DNA of 62,552 nt, filler included, from Deltaproteobacteria bacterium (GTDB lineage: Bacteria > JAUYMQ01): assembly GCA_030698575.1 (NCBI GenBank). It is 10 parts of 10 records of this genome, joined end to end, with 100 filler letters (N's around TTAATTAATTAA, not from the genome) between each part and the next. Parts side by side here need not be neighbours in the genome. Positions count along the whole stretch, not along the records: positions 31,594 to 38,185 come from JAUYMQ010000653.1; positions 38,286 to 44,452 come from JAUYMQ010000002.1; positions 44,553 to 52,402 come from JAUYMQ010000013.1; 7 more parts are not named here. One strand, written 5' to 3'. The notes under the pieces were generated by a model that saw nothing but the letters and a program-made list of their open reading frames with translations, ran no database searches and had not been told where the DNA came from. How positions within the stretch are numbered: position 1 is the stretch's first letter; each line of letters starts with the position of its first letter. The position numbers and the translations under genes were made by a program. This document shows, piece after piece, positions 36,047 to 46,650 of the stretch.

Positions 36047-37729
36047 ATGGCGAAGGACGAGAGGGAGCTCAAGAAAATCTCCGAGGCGCGCGCGCGCTGG
36101 GAGAAAGACCTTCTCGAGCCCGCCATCGGCAAGCACGCCGAGCGGAAGAAAGCCTTCAAGTCCTCCTCGGGCTATGAATTCAAGCGTCTCTACACGCCGG
36201 AGCACGTGCGCGACCTCGACTACTTGCGCGATCTCGGCCTGCCCGGCCAGGAACCCTACACGCGGGGTGTGCAGCCCACGATGTACCGCGGCCGCTTCTG
36301 GACCATGCGGCAATACGCGGGTTTTGGCACGGCCGAGGAATCGAACGCGCGCTACCGCTATCTTCTCTCTCAGGGAACCACGGGACTCTCCGTGGCCTTC
36401 GATCTCCCCACACAGATGGGCTACGACTCCGATCACGCAATGGCCACCGGCGAGGTCGGCCGAACCGGAGTGGCGATCGACTCCGTGGAAGACATGGAGG
36501 TCATGTTCCGCGAAATCCCCATGGAGAAGATCACGACCTCGATGACCATCAACGCCACCGCCGCCGTCCTGCTCTCTCTCTACATCGCCGTTGCAGAGCG
36601 CCAGGGTGTGCCCGCCGCCAGGATTGGCGGCACGGTGCAGAACGACATCCTGAAGGAATACATCGCCCGCGGGACCTACATCTATCCGCCGCGTCACAGC
36701 ATGCGCATCGTGACCGACGTCTTTGCTTATGCAAGCGAGCACGTGCCCCGCTGGAACACCATCAGCATCAGCGGCTACCACATTCGTGAGGCGGGCTCGA
36801 CCGCCGTGCAGGAAGTGGCCTTCACGCTGGCGAACGGAATCGCATACGTGCAGGCGGCGCTCGACGCGGGTCTCGACGTGGATCGATTCGCGAGCCGCCT
36901 GGCGTTCTTCTTCAACGTGCACAACAACTTCATCGAGGAAATCGCCAAGTTCCGGGCAGCGCGTCGGATGTGGGCCCGCATCATGCGCGAACGCTTCCAC
37001 GCAAAGAAGGATCAGAGCCTCCTCCTCAGGTTCCACTCCCAGACAGCCGGAGCCACCCTCACGGCCCAGCAGCCCAACAACAACGTCGTCCGGGTGGCAA
37101 TACAGGCTCTGGCGGCAGTGCTGGGAGGGACGCAGTCGCTCCACACCAACTCACGTGACGAGGCGCTGGCGCTCCCGACGGAAGAGTCGGCGACCATCGC
37201 GCTGCGGAGCCAGCAGATCATCGCGCACGAATCGGGCGTAGCGGACATCATCGATCCGCTGGCCGGATCCTATGCGGTCGAGGCATTGACGAACCAGATT
37301 GAGGAAGAGGCTACGAAGTACATCGAGAAGATCGACAAGCTCGGCGGCTCGGTGGCCGCCATCGAGCAGGGCTACCAGCAGCGGGAGATCCAGGAAGCAG
37401 CCTACCGCTATCAGCGCGACATCGAGACCGACGAGCAGATCATCGTGGGGGTGAACGCCTACCAGGATGAGAAAGAGGCCCCCTTCGAGATCCACCGGGT
37501 CGACCCGGTGCTCGAGGAGCAGCAGCGGAAGCGGGTGCAGGACCTTCGGGCAAGGCGGGACAAGACCCGCGCCGGCGAGGCGATAGCAGCCCTCAGCGAG
37601 GCGGCTGCCGGTACGGAGAATCTGATGCCGCGCATCCTCGAGTGCGTGCGCGCAAACTGCACGCTGGGCGAGGTCAGCGACACGCTGCGGGAGAAGTTCG
37701 GGATCTACCGGGAATCACTCAAGATGTGA
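36047..37729 (+). CDS. Methylmalonyl-CoA mutase, substrate-binding subunit
   Basis: [41 protein letters not shown]; no B12-binding domain. Confidence 0.93.
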   Translation: MAKDERELKKISEARARWEKDLLEPAIGKHAERKKAFKSSSGYEFKRLYTPEHVRDLDYLRDLGLPGQEPYTRGVQPTMYRGRFWTMRQYAGFGTAEESNARYRYLLSQGTTGLSVAFDLPTQMGYDSDHAMATGEVGRTGVAIDSVEDMEVMFREIPMEKITTSMTINATAAVLLSLYIAVAERQGVPAARIGGTVQNDILKEYIARGTYIYPPRHSMRIVTDVFAYASEHVPRWNTISISGYHIREAGSTAVQEVAFTLANGIAYVQAALDAGLDVDRFASRLAFFFNVHNNFIEEIAKFRAARRMWARIMRERFHAKKDQSLLLRFHSQTAGATLTAQQPNNNVVRVAIQALAAVLGGTQSLHTNSRDEALALPTEESATIALRSQQIIAHESGVADIIDPLAGSYAVEALTNQIEEEATKYIEKIDKLGGSVAAIEQGYQQREIQEAAYRYQRDIETDEQIIVGVNAYQDEKEAPFEIHRVDPVLEEQQRKRVQDLRARRDKTRAGEAIAALSEAAAGTENLMPRILECVRANCTLGEVSDTLREKFGIYRESLKM

Positions 37730-38185
37730 GCGTTCCGCCTCCACCTTCCGTAGAAAACCCATCACAAGCTCGTTGAAAAGTTTCGGCTGATCCAGGTTCG
37801 GGGCGTGCCCGGCGTCGGGGATTACGTGCTTCTCGGCCTTCGGGATCTTGGTGGCCATCACCTCGGCCGCCGCGAGAAACGCCTGGTCGTCGGCGCCCAC
37901 GATGATAAGCGTCGGCACGCGAACGTTCTTCAGTGAATCGATCACCTGAGTCCCGTACTGCTTCATCATCCCCCGGGCCGCCAGAGCCAGGCACGCTGTC
38001 GACCGGTGCTTGGCCGACCGTGTCTCGGAGGATCCGGCAATCGCGGAGGGGTCGCCTGACTCGAGCGCGGTTGCGACGCCCTCGGCATACTGGTTCCAGA
38101 GCTCCCGGGGCTCCTGGCTCTGGTAGCCGGGCCCGGAGTCGATGAGGATGAGCGCGCTCACCCGATCGGGATGCCGCATGCGATA
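37715..38185 (-). CDS. Alpha/beta hydrolase, 5'-truncated
   Basis: [20 protein letters not shown]. Confidence 0.85.
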   Translation of the reverse strand, partial: YRMRHPDRVSALILIDSGPGYQSQEPRELWNQYAEGVATALESGDPSAIAGSSETRSAKHRSTACLALAARGMMKQYGTQVIDSLKNVRVPTLIIVGADDQAFLAAAEVMATKIPKAEKHVIPDAGHAPNLDQPKLFNELVMGFLRKVEAERSHLE

Positions 38186-38286
38186 NNNNNNNNNNNNNNN
38201 NNNNNNNNNNNNNNNNNNNNNNNNNNNNNTTAATTAATTAANNNNNNNNNNNNNNNNNNNNNNNNNNNNNNNNNNNNNNNNNNNNG

Positions 38287-38748
38287 GAGACCTGCGAGGC
38301 GCGAAAGCTGGGCGAAGTCGACCACTATCCGGTGCGCGGCGACCGACGGAAGGTTCCGATAGTTCAGGGAATCTGCGCGATCGTGCAGCGGGGAAACAAG
38401 GTGCTCTTCGTGCAGCGCCCCGAAAAGGGGCTCCTGGGCGGGCTCTGGGAGTTTCCGACGGCGGAGCTTCGCGGCTGGAAACCCCGCGCCGGTACGGCGG
38501 AGGAGTTCGTGCACGAGATGCTGGGGCTCGAGGGCTCCGTCGAGGCGACGCTCGGAGTCATCCGCCACGTTTTCACGCACCGCGATCTCAGGCTGCACAT
38601 CTTTATCTTCCAGGCGAAGGGCGGGCGCCTTCGCGTGGGGCGTTACCGCTCGCACGAGTGGGCGCGCACCGATGAGCTTCGGGGGTTTCCGCTCTCGGCG
38701 CTGACCGAGAAAGTGCTCGTGCGCCTGGCCGAGCACGGCGCCGTCTGA
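38287..38748 (+). CDS. mutY: A/G-specific adenine glycosylase, C-terminal NUDIX-like part
   Basis: CEA...YP..., RPEKGLLGGLWEFP, HVFTH. Confidence 0.85.
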   Translation, partial: ETCEARKLGEVDHYPVRGDRRKVPIVQGICAIVQRGNKVLFVQRPEKGLLGGLWEFPTAELRGWKPRAGTAEEFVHEMLGLEGSVEATLGVIRHVFTHRDLRLHIFIFQAKGGRLRVGRYRSHEWARTDELRGFPLSALTEKVLVRLAEHGAV

Positions 38749-38789
38749 ACGATGTTCAGATTCATCGATCTCTCGCCCCGATGGCCTCT

Positions 38790-38894
38790 CGCATGTCATT
38801 GCGAGGAGCGAAGCGACGAAGCAATCCCCCCGTTCGTGGCGTTGCCCGGGGGATTGCTTCGTCGGGGCTGCGCCCCTCCTCGCAATGACATGCG
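38790..38894. repeat. Palindromic REP/RPE-like intergenic element
   Basis: CGCATGTCATTGCGAGGAG...CTCCTCGCAATGACATGCG termini with inner GACGAAGCAATCCCCC/GGGGGATTGCTTCGTC. Confidence 0.85.
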
Positions 38895-39022
38895 GGCAGA
38901 ACGCGAGATTGTTCTGCTACCAGGCCGCGGCGTTTGTTGACCCCCATCCACCGCTCGGCTAGGATCCGCTCATACAAGACTCACGCACGCCGCCCGGGCG
39001 GGACGGCGCCGAGGAGCCGGTC

Positions 39023-40180
39023 ATGGATTTCAGTTTCTCGCAGGAAACTTTGATGATGCAGGAGACGCTCCGGAAGTTCATCACGGAGGAGATGCTCCCG
39101 CTTCAGGAGAAGCACAAACTCGATCGCGAGAAGCCGCCGCCGGCGGATCTCTGCAAGCAGATGCGGAAACGCTCCGCCGAGCTGGGTTTCTACGGCATCG
39201 ACATGCCGGAGGATGTCGGCGGTATGGACATTCCGGCCGCCGATCGCTGTCTGCTCTTCGAGGAATCGGGGAAGCACGACAACGTCTTCGCCAACGAGGT
39301 CTTCGGCGGCGCCGGCGGGCCCACGCCCGTCCTGCTCGCCTGCAACGACAAGCAGAAGGAGAAGTACCTCCTGCCGCTCATGAAGGGCGACATCACCACC
39401 TGCTTCGGGCTGAGCGAGCCGGGCGCAGGCTCCGATGCCACGAACATCCAGACGATGGCGGTCAAGAAGGGCGACAAGTGGATCCTCAACGGCCGCAAGC
39501 ACTACATCACGAACGGCCCGTCCGCCGACTTCGCGATGGTCTTCGCCTCGAATGACCGAGCCAAGCGCGCGAAGGGGGGCATCACCTGCTTCCTCGTCGA
39601 CCGCGACACACCCGGCGCCGACTTCGATCACCCGCAGCACACGATGGACGGCGATGGCTGGGTGGGCGAACTGGTCTTCGAGGACTGCGAAGTGCCGGCT
39701 GAAAACCTGCTCGGGCAGGTAGGGGCGGGTTTCTCGCTGGCGATGAAGTGGATCAACGACGGGCGGCTCAACATCTGCGCAGGATCGGTCGGGATCGCCA
39801 AGCGGATGCTGAAGCTGAGCCTCGATTATGCCCGGCAGCGCGAGGCTTTCGGCACGGCGATCGGCAATTTCCAGCTCATCCAGGCCATGCTGGCCGACAT
39901 GGCGACCGACATCTTCGCCGCCGAGAACATGATGTACCGCGCGGCCTGGATGAAGGACCAGGGGCAGGACATCCGCAAGGAGGCTGCCATGGTGAAGCTC
40001 TTTGGCGCCGAGATGGTGAACCGCGTGGTCGATCAGGCCATGCAGATTCATGGCGGCATGGGCTTCATGCGCGAAACGCCGATCGAGCACGTGATGCGGC
40101 AGGTGCGCGTCTATCGGATCTTCGAGGGGACGAGCGAAATTCAGCGCCTCACGATTGCGAAGAACCTTCTGAAGGAATAG
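39023..40180 (+). CDS. Acyl-CoA dehydrogenase
   Basis: LSEPGAGSD, NGRKHYITN, QIHGGMG, RIFEGTSEIQR. Confidence 0.95.
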   Translation: MDFSFSQETLMMQETLRKFITEEMLPLQEKHKLDREKPPPADLCKQMRKRSAELGFYGIDMPEDVGGMDIPAADRCLLFEESGKHDNVFANEVFGGAGGPTPVLLACNDKQKEKYLLPLMKGDITTCFGLSEPGAGSDATNIQTMAVKKGDKWILNGRKHYITNGPSADFAMVFASNDRAKRAKGGITCFLVDRDTPGADFDHPQHTMDGDGWVGELVFEDCEVPAENLLGQVGAGFSLAMKWINDGRLNICAGSVGIAKRMLKLSLDYARQREAFGTAIGNFQLIQAMLADMATDIFAAENMMYRAAWMKDQGQDIRKEAAMVKLFGAEMVNRVVDQAMQIHGGMGFMRETPIEHVMRQVRVYRIFEGTSEIQRLTIAKNLLKE

Positions 40181-42048
40181 CCACCGGCTCCCAGCCCGTC
40201 TCGGCGAGCGATTTCAGGGCCTGCTCGGAGGTCGCGGCGTGCAGCACGAAAGCGCCGATGTCGCCCTGCTGGGGCTTCGTGGCTGAATGGACGAGCAGGG
40301 TTTTCTTGTCGCGGTAGAGGGTGAGCAGCAGCCAGTCTTCGGTCTTCCGTTCGGCAAGCGCCGGGTTCTCACCTTCTTTCGCCGGCTCGGCCTCCTCCTT
40401 CGCCGGTTCACCCTGGAATCGGAGATACACGATCGGCGCTTCGTTGTGGCGAAAGCGCACGTTCCACCGTCCGAGGTCCCTCGGCCCGCCGAAGAGCACC
40501 AGCCCGCGCTCTCGCTCGATCTTCTCAGTGGTGACGCCCGGATCAATAGAATCGGCCCCGACATAGGTCGCCGGCACGCCGAAGAGCGACCGGGCTTCCT
40601 GGGCGAACAGCGCGTTCACCGCCGTGTTGCTCGTGAGTCCGACCGCCACCTCAGCCTGGTCGAGGCGCGCGCGCCAGCACCTTCTCGTCGAAGGCGTTTC
40701 CAAAGACCACGCCGTATCCCAGCCGCTCTGCCGCATTGCAATTCGCGGCGTTCGTATCGAGGAAGATCACGCGGGTTCCGGCCGAGCGCAGCTCGTTCCC
40801 GATCGCGAGCCCCAGGCCGTCGGCGCCGAGAATCACGGCGGCGTCACGGGGCGGGGCCAGCAGGCGGAGCATTTTTGCAACAAGCGGCGCGGCGCCGCCC
40901 TGCAACAGAACCGTGACCGCGATCGTCAGGAAGACGAGCGCCCGGAGCGCCGGCCCGCCCGCAATGCCCTCGACCTCCATGACGCTCGAGGTAAGGGACG
41001 CCACGGCGGCGGCGACGATTCCGCGCGGGGCGAGCCATGAGATGAATACCTTGTCCCGGAACGACATGTCCGTGCCGGCCGTCATGGAGAAGACCTGCAC
41101 GGGCCGCACGATGAACATGAGCGACGCCACCGTCGCAATCCCGCCCCAGCCAAGCGCCTGCACATCGGCCAGCCGGACGCTCGCGGCGAGCAGCACGAAG
41201 AGGAGTCCGATCAGCATGACGGTGATCTGCTCCTCGAAGGTCGCCATCCCCCGGCCCACGCGCGTGTGAAGGTTGCCGACGACGATGCCGGCGATGGTCG
41301 TCGCGAGGATGCCGCTCTCGGGCAGGATGCTGCGGCAGACGGCGAAAAGCAGCACCACGCCGCCCATCGTCACGATGTTCTCGTAACCCTCGGGGACGAT
41401 TCGCCGCGACCGGAGTACCCAGGCCAGGAGGAAACCGAATGACGCCCCGGCAACGAGGCCGAACCCGATGCGCTGGGCCAGCCAGAGCGGGACGTTCGTG
41501 AAAGCCGAGGCCGAGGGGGCCACGGCTATTTCGAGGGCGAGAACGGCGATGAAGGCGCCGATCGGATCGATCAGCACCCCTTCGGCCTCGAGCACGGTGG
41601 ACACGCGTGGGAGAAGCCGGACGTGCCGCAGGATGGGCGTCACGACCGTGGGGCCGGTGACGATGACGATGCTGCCGAACAGCAGCGCCTGGGTCCAGTT
41701 CCAGTCCAGCATGAAGAAGCGCGCGGCGAGCGCCCCGCCGAGGCCGGTGATGATCGCGCCGAGGGTCACCAACCGCCGGATGGCGGTTCCCTCACGCCGG
41801 AGGCGGCTGATCTCGAGATTGAGGCCGCCCTCGAAGAGAATGATCGCGACGGAGAGCCGCACGAGGCCGATGAGCCCCTCACCCAGGAGCCGCGGATCGA
41901 CCCATTTCAGGCCGTCGGGACCGAGGGCGACGCCGGCGGCGAGGAGCAGCACGATGCCGGGCACGCGCAAGTGGCGCCCGAGCGCCTGGATGATCACGCC
42001 CACGCCCAGCGCTATCGCGAAGACGAGGCTGGCGTCCGCCACCTGCAT
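40149..42048 (-). pseudogene. CPA1/NhaP cation:proton antiporter with RCK domain, frameshifted at ~40665-40674
   Basis: ILFEGG, TGPTV, EGVLIDP, PRGIVAA; RCK domain continues in another frame (RLDQAEVAVGLTSN) after a (GC)5 run. Confidence 0.75.
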
Positions 42049-42074
42049 CGATCCCCCCTGAACCGGCGCCGGGG

Positions 42075-43118
42075 CTAAAGGGTCGCCATCTCGACGTTGT
42101 CGAAGTTACGGTGATAGTACTTCATGTACTCGACCTTGCGTTCGAGCGAGGTGATGACCGCCTGGGCGAAGTTCACCTTCTCGAACTTCTGCGCGCTCCC
42201 GAGCCCTCCGGGGCTGAAGACGTTGATCTCCATCAGCTTGTTGCCGACGATGTCCAGGCCCACCAGGAACATCCCGTCCTGGACGATCTTCGGTCTGACG
42301 ATCTCGGCGACTTCGAGATGCGTGTCGGTGATCTCAGCCTCGCGCAGCTTGCCTCCCGCGTGGATGTTGCTTCGCATGTCGTCGCCGGAGCGAACGCGCC
42401 TGAAGGCGGCGTACTTCCCCTTGTAGCGCAGCGGGTGGCCGTTCATCATGAACAGCCGGGTGTCGCCCTCCGCCGCGGCGGTCAGGTATTCCTGGGCGAT
42501 CACGTAACCGTCGCGGCTCACCGCATCGACCATCTGGTTCAGGTTCGCCAGTTCTCCCTTCCGCACCAGAAACACCCCCTGGCCGCCGGAGCCCTGGAGA
42601 GGCTTCAGAACGGCGTCGCCGTGCTGCTTGACGAATGCGCGGATCTCCTCGCGATCCCGCGTGATGATCGTGGTCGGGCGCACCTCGTCGGGGAAAAGCT
42701 GGAAATACATCTTGTTCGTGGCTTTGGCGAGGCCGTTCGGATCGTTGAGCACGATCACGCCGTGCCGCATCGCCACGCGGCCGAAGTTGATCCCGCTTGC
42801 CTGGGCCCAGGAGCGGAAACCCATGTCCGTGGATGGGTCGCTCCGGAGCATGAGGACGTCGAGATCGTCCACCGTGATTCGCTCGGAGATCGCCTTCTTT
42901 CCCTGGATGTCGGCGAGGTAGCTCTGGGAGGTCGTGTACTTCTTCTTCGGCGCGCTCCGGGCGCGCGCGCGGATCTTCTCATCCGCGTCGTAGGCGAAGT
43001 CCCCCGCGCCCATGATCCACACCTTGTGGCCGCGATTGACGGCCGACATGCCAAGTCGGATGGTGGTGTAGCCTTGCTCTTCGGTCGCGATGTCGTTGAC
43101 GACAAATCCAAGATTCAT
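42075..43118 (-). CDS. gshB: Glutathione synthetase-like ATP-grasp ligase
   Basis: RSDP, NKMYFQ, KPLQGSGG, QEYL, GDTR, RSNIHAGG, GLDIVG...EINVFSPGG. Confidence 0.75.
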   Translation of the reverse strand: MNLGFVVNDIATEEQGYTTIRLGMSAVNRGHKVWIMGAGDFAYDADEKIRARARSAPKKKYTTSQSYLADIQGKKAISERITVDDLDVLMLRSDPSTDMGFRSWAQASGINFGRVAMRHGVIVLNDPNGLAKATNKMYFQLFPDEVRPTTIITRDREEIRAFVKQHGDAVLKPLQGSGGQGVFLVRKGELANLNQMVDAVSRDGYVIAQEYLTAAAEGDTRLFMMNGHPLRYKGKYAAFRRVRSGDDMRSNIHAGGKLREAEITDTHLEVAEIVRPKIVQDGMFLVGLDIVGNKLMEINVFSPGGLGSAQKFEKVNFAQAVITSLERKVEYMKYYHRNFDNVEMATL

Positions 43119-43124
43119 TCTTGC

Positions 43125-44452
43125 CTACCTCCGTTTGATGAGATCCAGAACCGAATCCGCCTGGCGCAGCTTCGCCATCTTCTCCGGGAAGCCGGGGTCT
43201 TCCAGGTACCGTGGCTTCAACGGCATGGGCAAGAGCACCTTTCGCCACTGCAGCTCCTCGATGATCGAGACGTGCCCGGATCCGATCTTTCCAACGTAAA
43301 GCGGTTCCAGCTCTCCTCCGCCCTTCAGGTAGTCGAGCAGCTTGACGAGCCCCCGGAGATAGACGATGTCCTTGGTGAACCCGCCTCCCCTGAAGAGCCG
43401 CATCGTTATCATGAAAGCCATGCGCTGCTCAAAGTCGTAGGAGCGGTCCAGCTCGCGAAAGACGTCGATGAAGCTTGCACCGGACACCATGCGATCAGCC
43501 GCGGTCACGCGCGCAGCCAGCAGCCGGAGCCTTGGCCGGCTCAGGCCGCCCGCCAGGTATTCGGCCACCACGGCAAGTGATTCCTGCAGCTCCTCGTACT
43601 GCGGCAACCCGACGAAGAGCTGCCTGAATGGCTGCGCCCGGCCGTTGAAGTAGGTCACGACGTGGGTGCCGACTTCGTGCTGGAGCAGCGCCGCGATCCG
43701 GGACATCGGGATCTGCGACTGGCTTCCGATGAGCAGGTTCCCGCGTGAGACGAGCAGGCCCGTGACGTCGTCGCGGACCTCGGCCTTCGACGACAGCTCG
43801 GGATAGCGCGCGCGGTAGTACTTGAACTCCTCCTCCGCCCGCGCGGCGAACCCCTTGGCGTCGACGTGGCCCTTGCCCGAATCGTCGCGGCTGCGCGAGG
43901 GAACGTTGTCGAGAATCTTCCTGGCCAGCCTGAGCAGCGGGGAGCCGGGTCTTCCATAGAGCTGCAGGCTGCCGTAGAGAAAGCGCTTGGTCCCCAGATC
44001 ACTGAGCATGCTCAGCCGCCGGTCGAGATCCTCCTGCTGGTCACGGAACAATGCGGCGAGGGACGGATCCTCTATGCGCTCGATCGGGATCGCGAAGAGC
44101 CGGCGCTTGAGAAGGCTTGGATCGACCGGTCGCGGGCGGTAGGCGAACCGCGGCGTCCTCTCGAATCGCTTCGACCGGAAATGCCGCCACTCGGGTTCGG
44201 GATTGGATGGCGTCACTTGCAGCAGGAAGTCGAAGGCGTGGCTCACCTCGGCCAGCTCGCGATCGACCTTCCAGACTGCCTTCACGACCTTTCGCCGTCC
44301 GAGCGCGTGATAGTGGGGTGCGGAGTGCGTGGTCTCGGTGCGCGAGAACTCGAAGAACGATCGCCGCACCGCGTTGGAGAGCCCGCGGTGCAACGCCCTC
44401 CGTATCATCGGGAATACCTTGCCGGTCGCCTGGCTCTGGTAGATGGGGAGGA
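43125..44452 (-). CDS. DUF1704 (QEGLA-motif, MATCAP-like) metallocarboxypeptidase, 5'-truncated
   Basis: HEVGTH (HExxxH), QESLA, RGGGFTKDIVYLRG, LYVGK. Confidence 0.85.
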
Positions 44453-44552
44453 NNNNNNNNNNNNNNNNNNNNNNNNNNNNNNNNNNNNNNNNNNNNTTAA
44501 TTAATTAANNNNNNNNNNNNNNNNNNNNNNNNNNNNNNNNNNNNNNNNNNNN

Positions 44553-44848
44553 GCCTCCATCATCGCGCGACCCCCGGCTGCATGAACGTCCAGGAGCGAG
44601 ACGCCGAGCTTCACCGCCTCCCGGGTCGCCCCGGCGACGGTCGCGGGGATGTCGTGGAATTTCAGATCGAGAAATACCTTCAGCTTGCCGGCCACGAGGC
44701 GGCGCACGAAGTCCGGCCCGCCGGCGACGAAGAGCTGCTTGCCGACCTTGACGATCCGAACCGTCCCGGCAAGCCTGGCAAGCAACGCCTCCGCCCTGGA
44801 GACTTGATCGACGTCCAGAGCAACAATGAGACGCTCGCGCGCCTCCAT
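44553..44848 (-). CDS. pyrF: Orotidine-5'-phosphate decarboxylase, truncated
   Basis: LIVALD, KVG, FLDLKFHDIP. Confidence 0.93.
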
Positions 44849-46581
44849 CAAGCGCCCTCCCCGGCAAGCGCCGCGCGCAGGGCATCGAGGGCCCTCTCGG
44901 CGGCGTCACCGAGCGCCACCTGGGTCTTCTCCGCGCTCTGCCGCGACCCGATCTCCACCATGCCGCCCGCGAGGCTCTTCTTCCCAACGATGATCCGCAC
45001 GGGGCAACCAATCAGATCGGCGTCCGCAAACTTGACTCCGGCGCGCTCGTCACGGTCATCCAGCAGGACTTCCGCGCCGGCGGATTCCAGGTGCTCGGTA
45101 ATCTGCGCGGCGGCCTCGACCACTTCCTGATCGGGCTGCAACGGCAGGACGGTGACGCCGAAGGGCGCGATGGCGGCGGGCCAGATGATCCCGTTCTTGT
45201 CATGGTTCTGCTCGATTGCGGCCGCGGCCGTGCGCCCAATGCCGATGCCGTAGGTACCCATCACTATCACCTGCTCCGCCCCCTCCTCGTCGAGATAGGT
45301 GGCGCGCATCGCCTCGCTATATTTCGTGCCGAGCTTGAAGATGTGCCCTACCTCGATCCCCCGCCGGAACTCGAGCGCCGCTCCGCAGCGGGCGCAGGCG
45401 TCGCCGGGGCTGGCCATGCGCAGATCGGCGAAGTCATCCGGGGTGAAGTCTCGCCCCGGTTCCACGTGCAGGAGGTGCGCGTCGGGCTCGTTCGCGCCGG
45501 TGACGCCATCACCCACCGAGCGGATCGACGTGTCGGCCAGCACGGTTCCCTTGAAACCCTTCTGGCGAGCCGGCCCCACGAAACCGACCGGGGCGCCCAG
45601 CGCCGCCTCGATCTCCGAGTCCGAAGCCATCTCCAGCACCTCGGCGCCGAGATGCCGCCTGAGCTTCAGGTCGTTCACCTGAAGATCACCCCGGATGAGA
45701 ACCATGGCAAGCCCGGCGTCGCTCCTGTAGATGAGCGTCTTGATGAAGCGTGAGGGCGGGATGCGCAGAAACGCGGAAACTTCCTCGATGGTCCGCTTCC
45801 CGGGGGTCGCGACTTTCTCGAGCGGCGGCACGGCGCCCTCCCCGACGCGCTCCAGGGCCGCAGCCTTCACTTCGGCCTTCTCCACGTTCGCCGCGTAACC
45901 GCAGCCGGGGCAGCTCGCGATGGCGTCCTCACCCGAGTCGGCGAGAACCATGAACTCGTGGGAGTCCTTCCCCCCGATGGCCCCGGTGTCCGCCTCGACG
46001 ACGGCGTGGCTGAGTCCGCAACGCCTGAAGATTCGTTCGTAGGCGCCGCGCATAACCTCGTACTCGCGATCGAGATCGGCCCCGTCGGCGTGGAAGGAGT
46101 AGGCGTCCATCATGGTGAATTCCCTCCCGCGCATGAGGCCAAAGCGGGGGCGGATTTCGTCGCGGAACTTTGTATGAATCTGGAAGAGGTTCATCGGAAG
46201 CTGCCGATAGCTTCGAACCTCGCGGCGGATGATGTCCGTGATGACTTCCTCATGGGTCGGCCCGAGGCAAAACTCCCGCTCGTGCCGATCGCGGAGCCGG
46301 AGCAGCTCCTTGCCGTAAACCTCCCAGCGGCCGCTCTCCTGCCAGAGTTCCGCCGGAACAACCACCGGCAGCTCGACTTCCTGCGCCCCGGCCCTGGCAA
46401 GTTCCTCCCGGACAATGCCCTCGACTTTCCGGATGACCCGGAGGCCGAGCGGGAGGAGGGAATAGATCCCCGCGGCAAGCTTCCGGATGAGCCCGGCGCG
46501 CACCATCAACTGGTGGCTGACGATCTCCGCCTCTGCGGGGTTCTCCTTGAGGGTGGGGATCAGGAGCTGTGAGAAACGCAA
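44848..46581 (-). CDS. proS: Proline--tRNA ligase
   Basis: LGPTHEE, FRDEIRPRFGLMRGREF, GIEVGHIFKLG, YGIG. Confidence 0.97.
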   Translation of the reverse strand: MRFSQLLIPTLKENPAEAEIVSHQLMVRAGLIRKLAAGIYSLLPLGLRVIRKVEGIVREELARAGAQEVELPVVVPAELWQESGRWEVYGKELLRLRDRHEREFCLGPTHEEVITDIIRREVRSYRQLPMNLFQIHTKFRDEIRPRFGLMRGREFTMMDAYSFHADGADLDREYEVMRGAYERIFRRCGLSHAVVEADTGAIGGKDSHEFMVLADSGEDAIASCPGCGYAANVEKAEVKAAALERVGEGAVPPLEKVATPGKRTIEEVSAFLRIPPSRFIKTLIYRSDAGLAMVLIRGDLQVNDLKLRRHLGAEVLEMASDSEIEAALGAPVGFVGPARQKGFKGTVLADTSIRSVGDGVTGANEPDAHLLHVEPGRDFTPDDFADLRMASPGDACARCGAALEFRRGIEVGHIFKLGTKYSEAMRATYLDEEGAEQVIVMGTYGIGIGRTAAAAIEQNHDKNGIIWPAAIAPFGVTVLPLQPDQEVVEAAAQITEHLESAGAEVLLDDRDERAGVKFADADLIGCPVRIIVGKKSLAGGMVEIGSRQSAEKTQVALGDAAERALDALRAALAGEGA

Positions 46582-46650
46582 GCAAGCACCTCTGGAAGAG
46601 CGGTTTCGGGTCGGGCGCCGGGGCGGCGCGTTGCGTGCGAGGCTGGTTCC

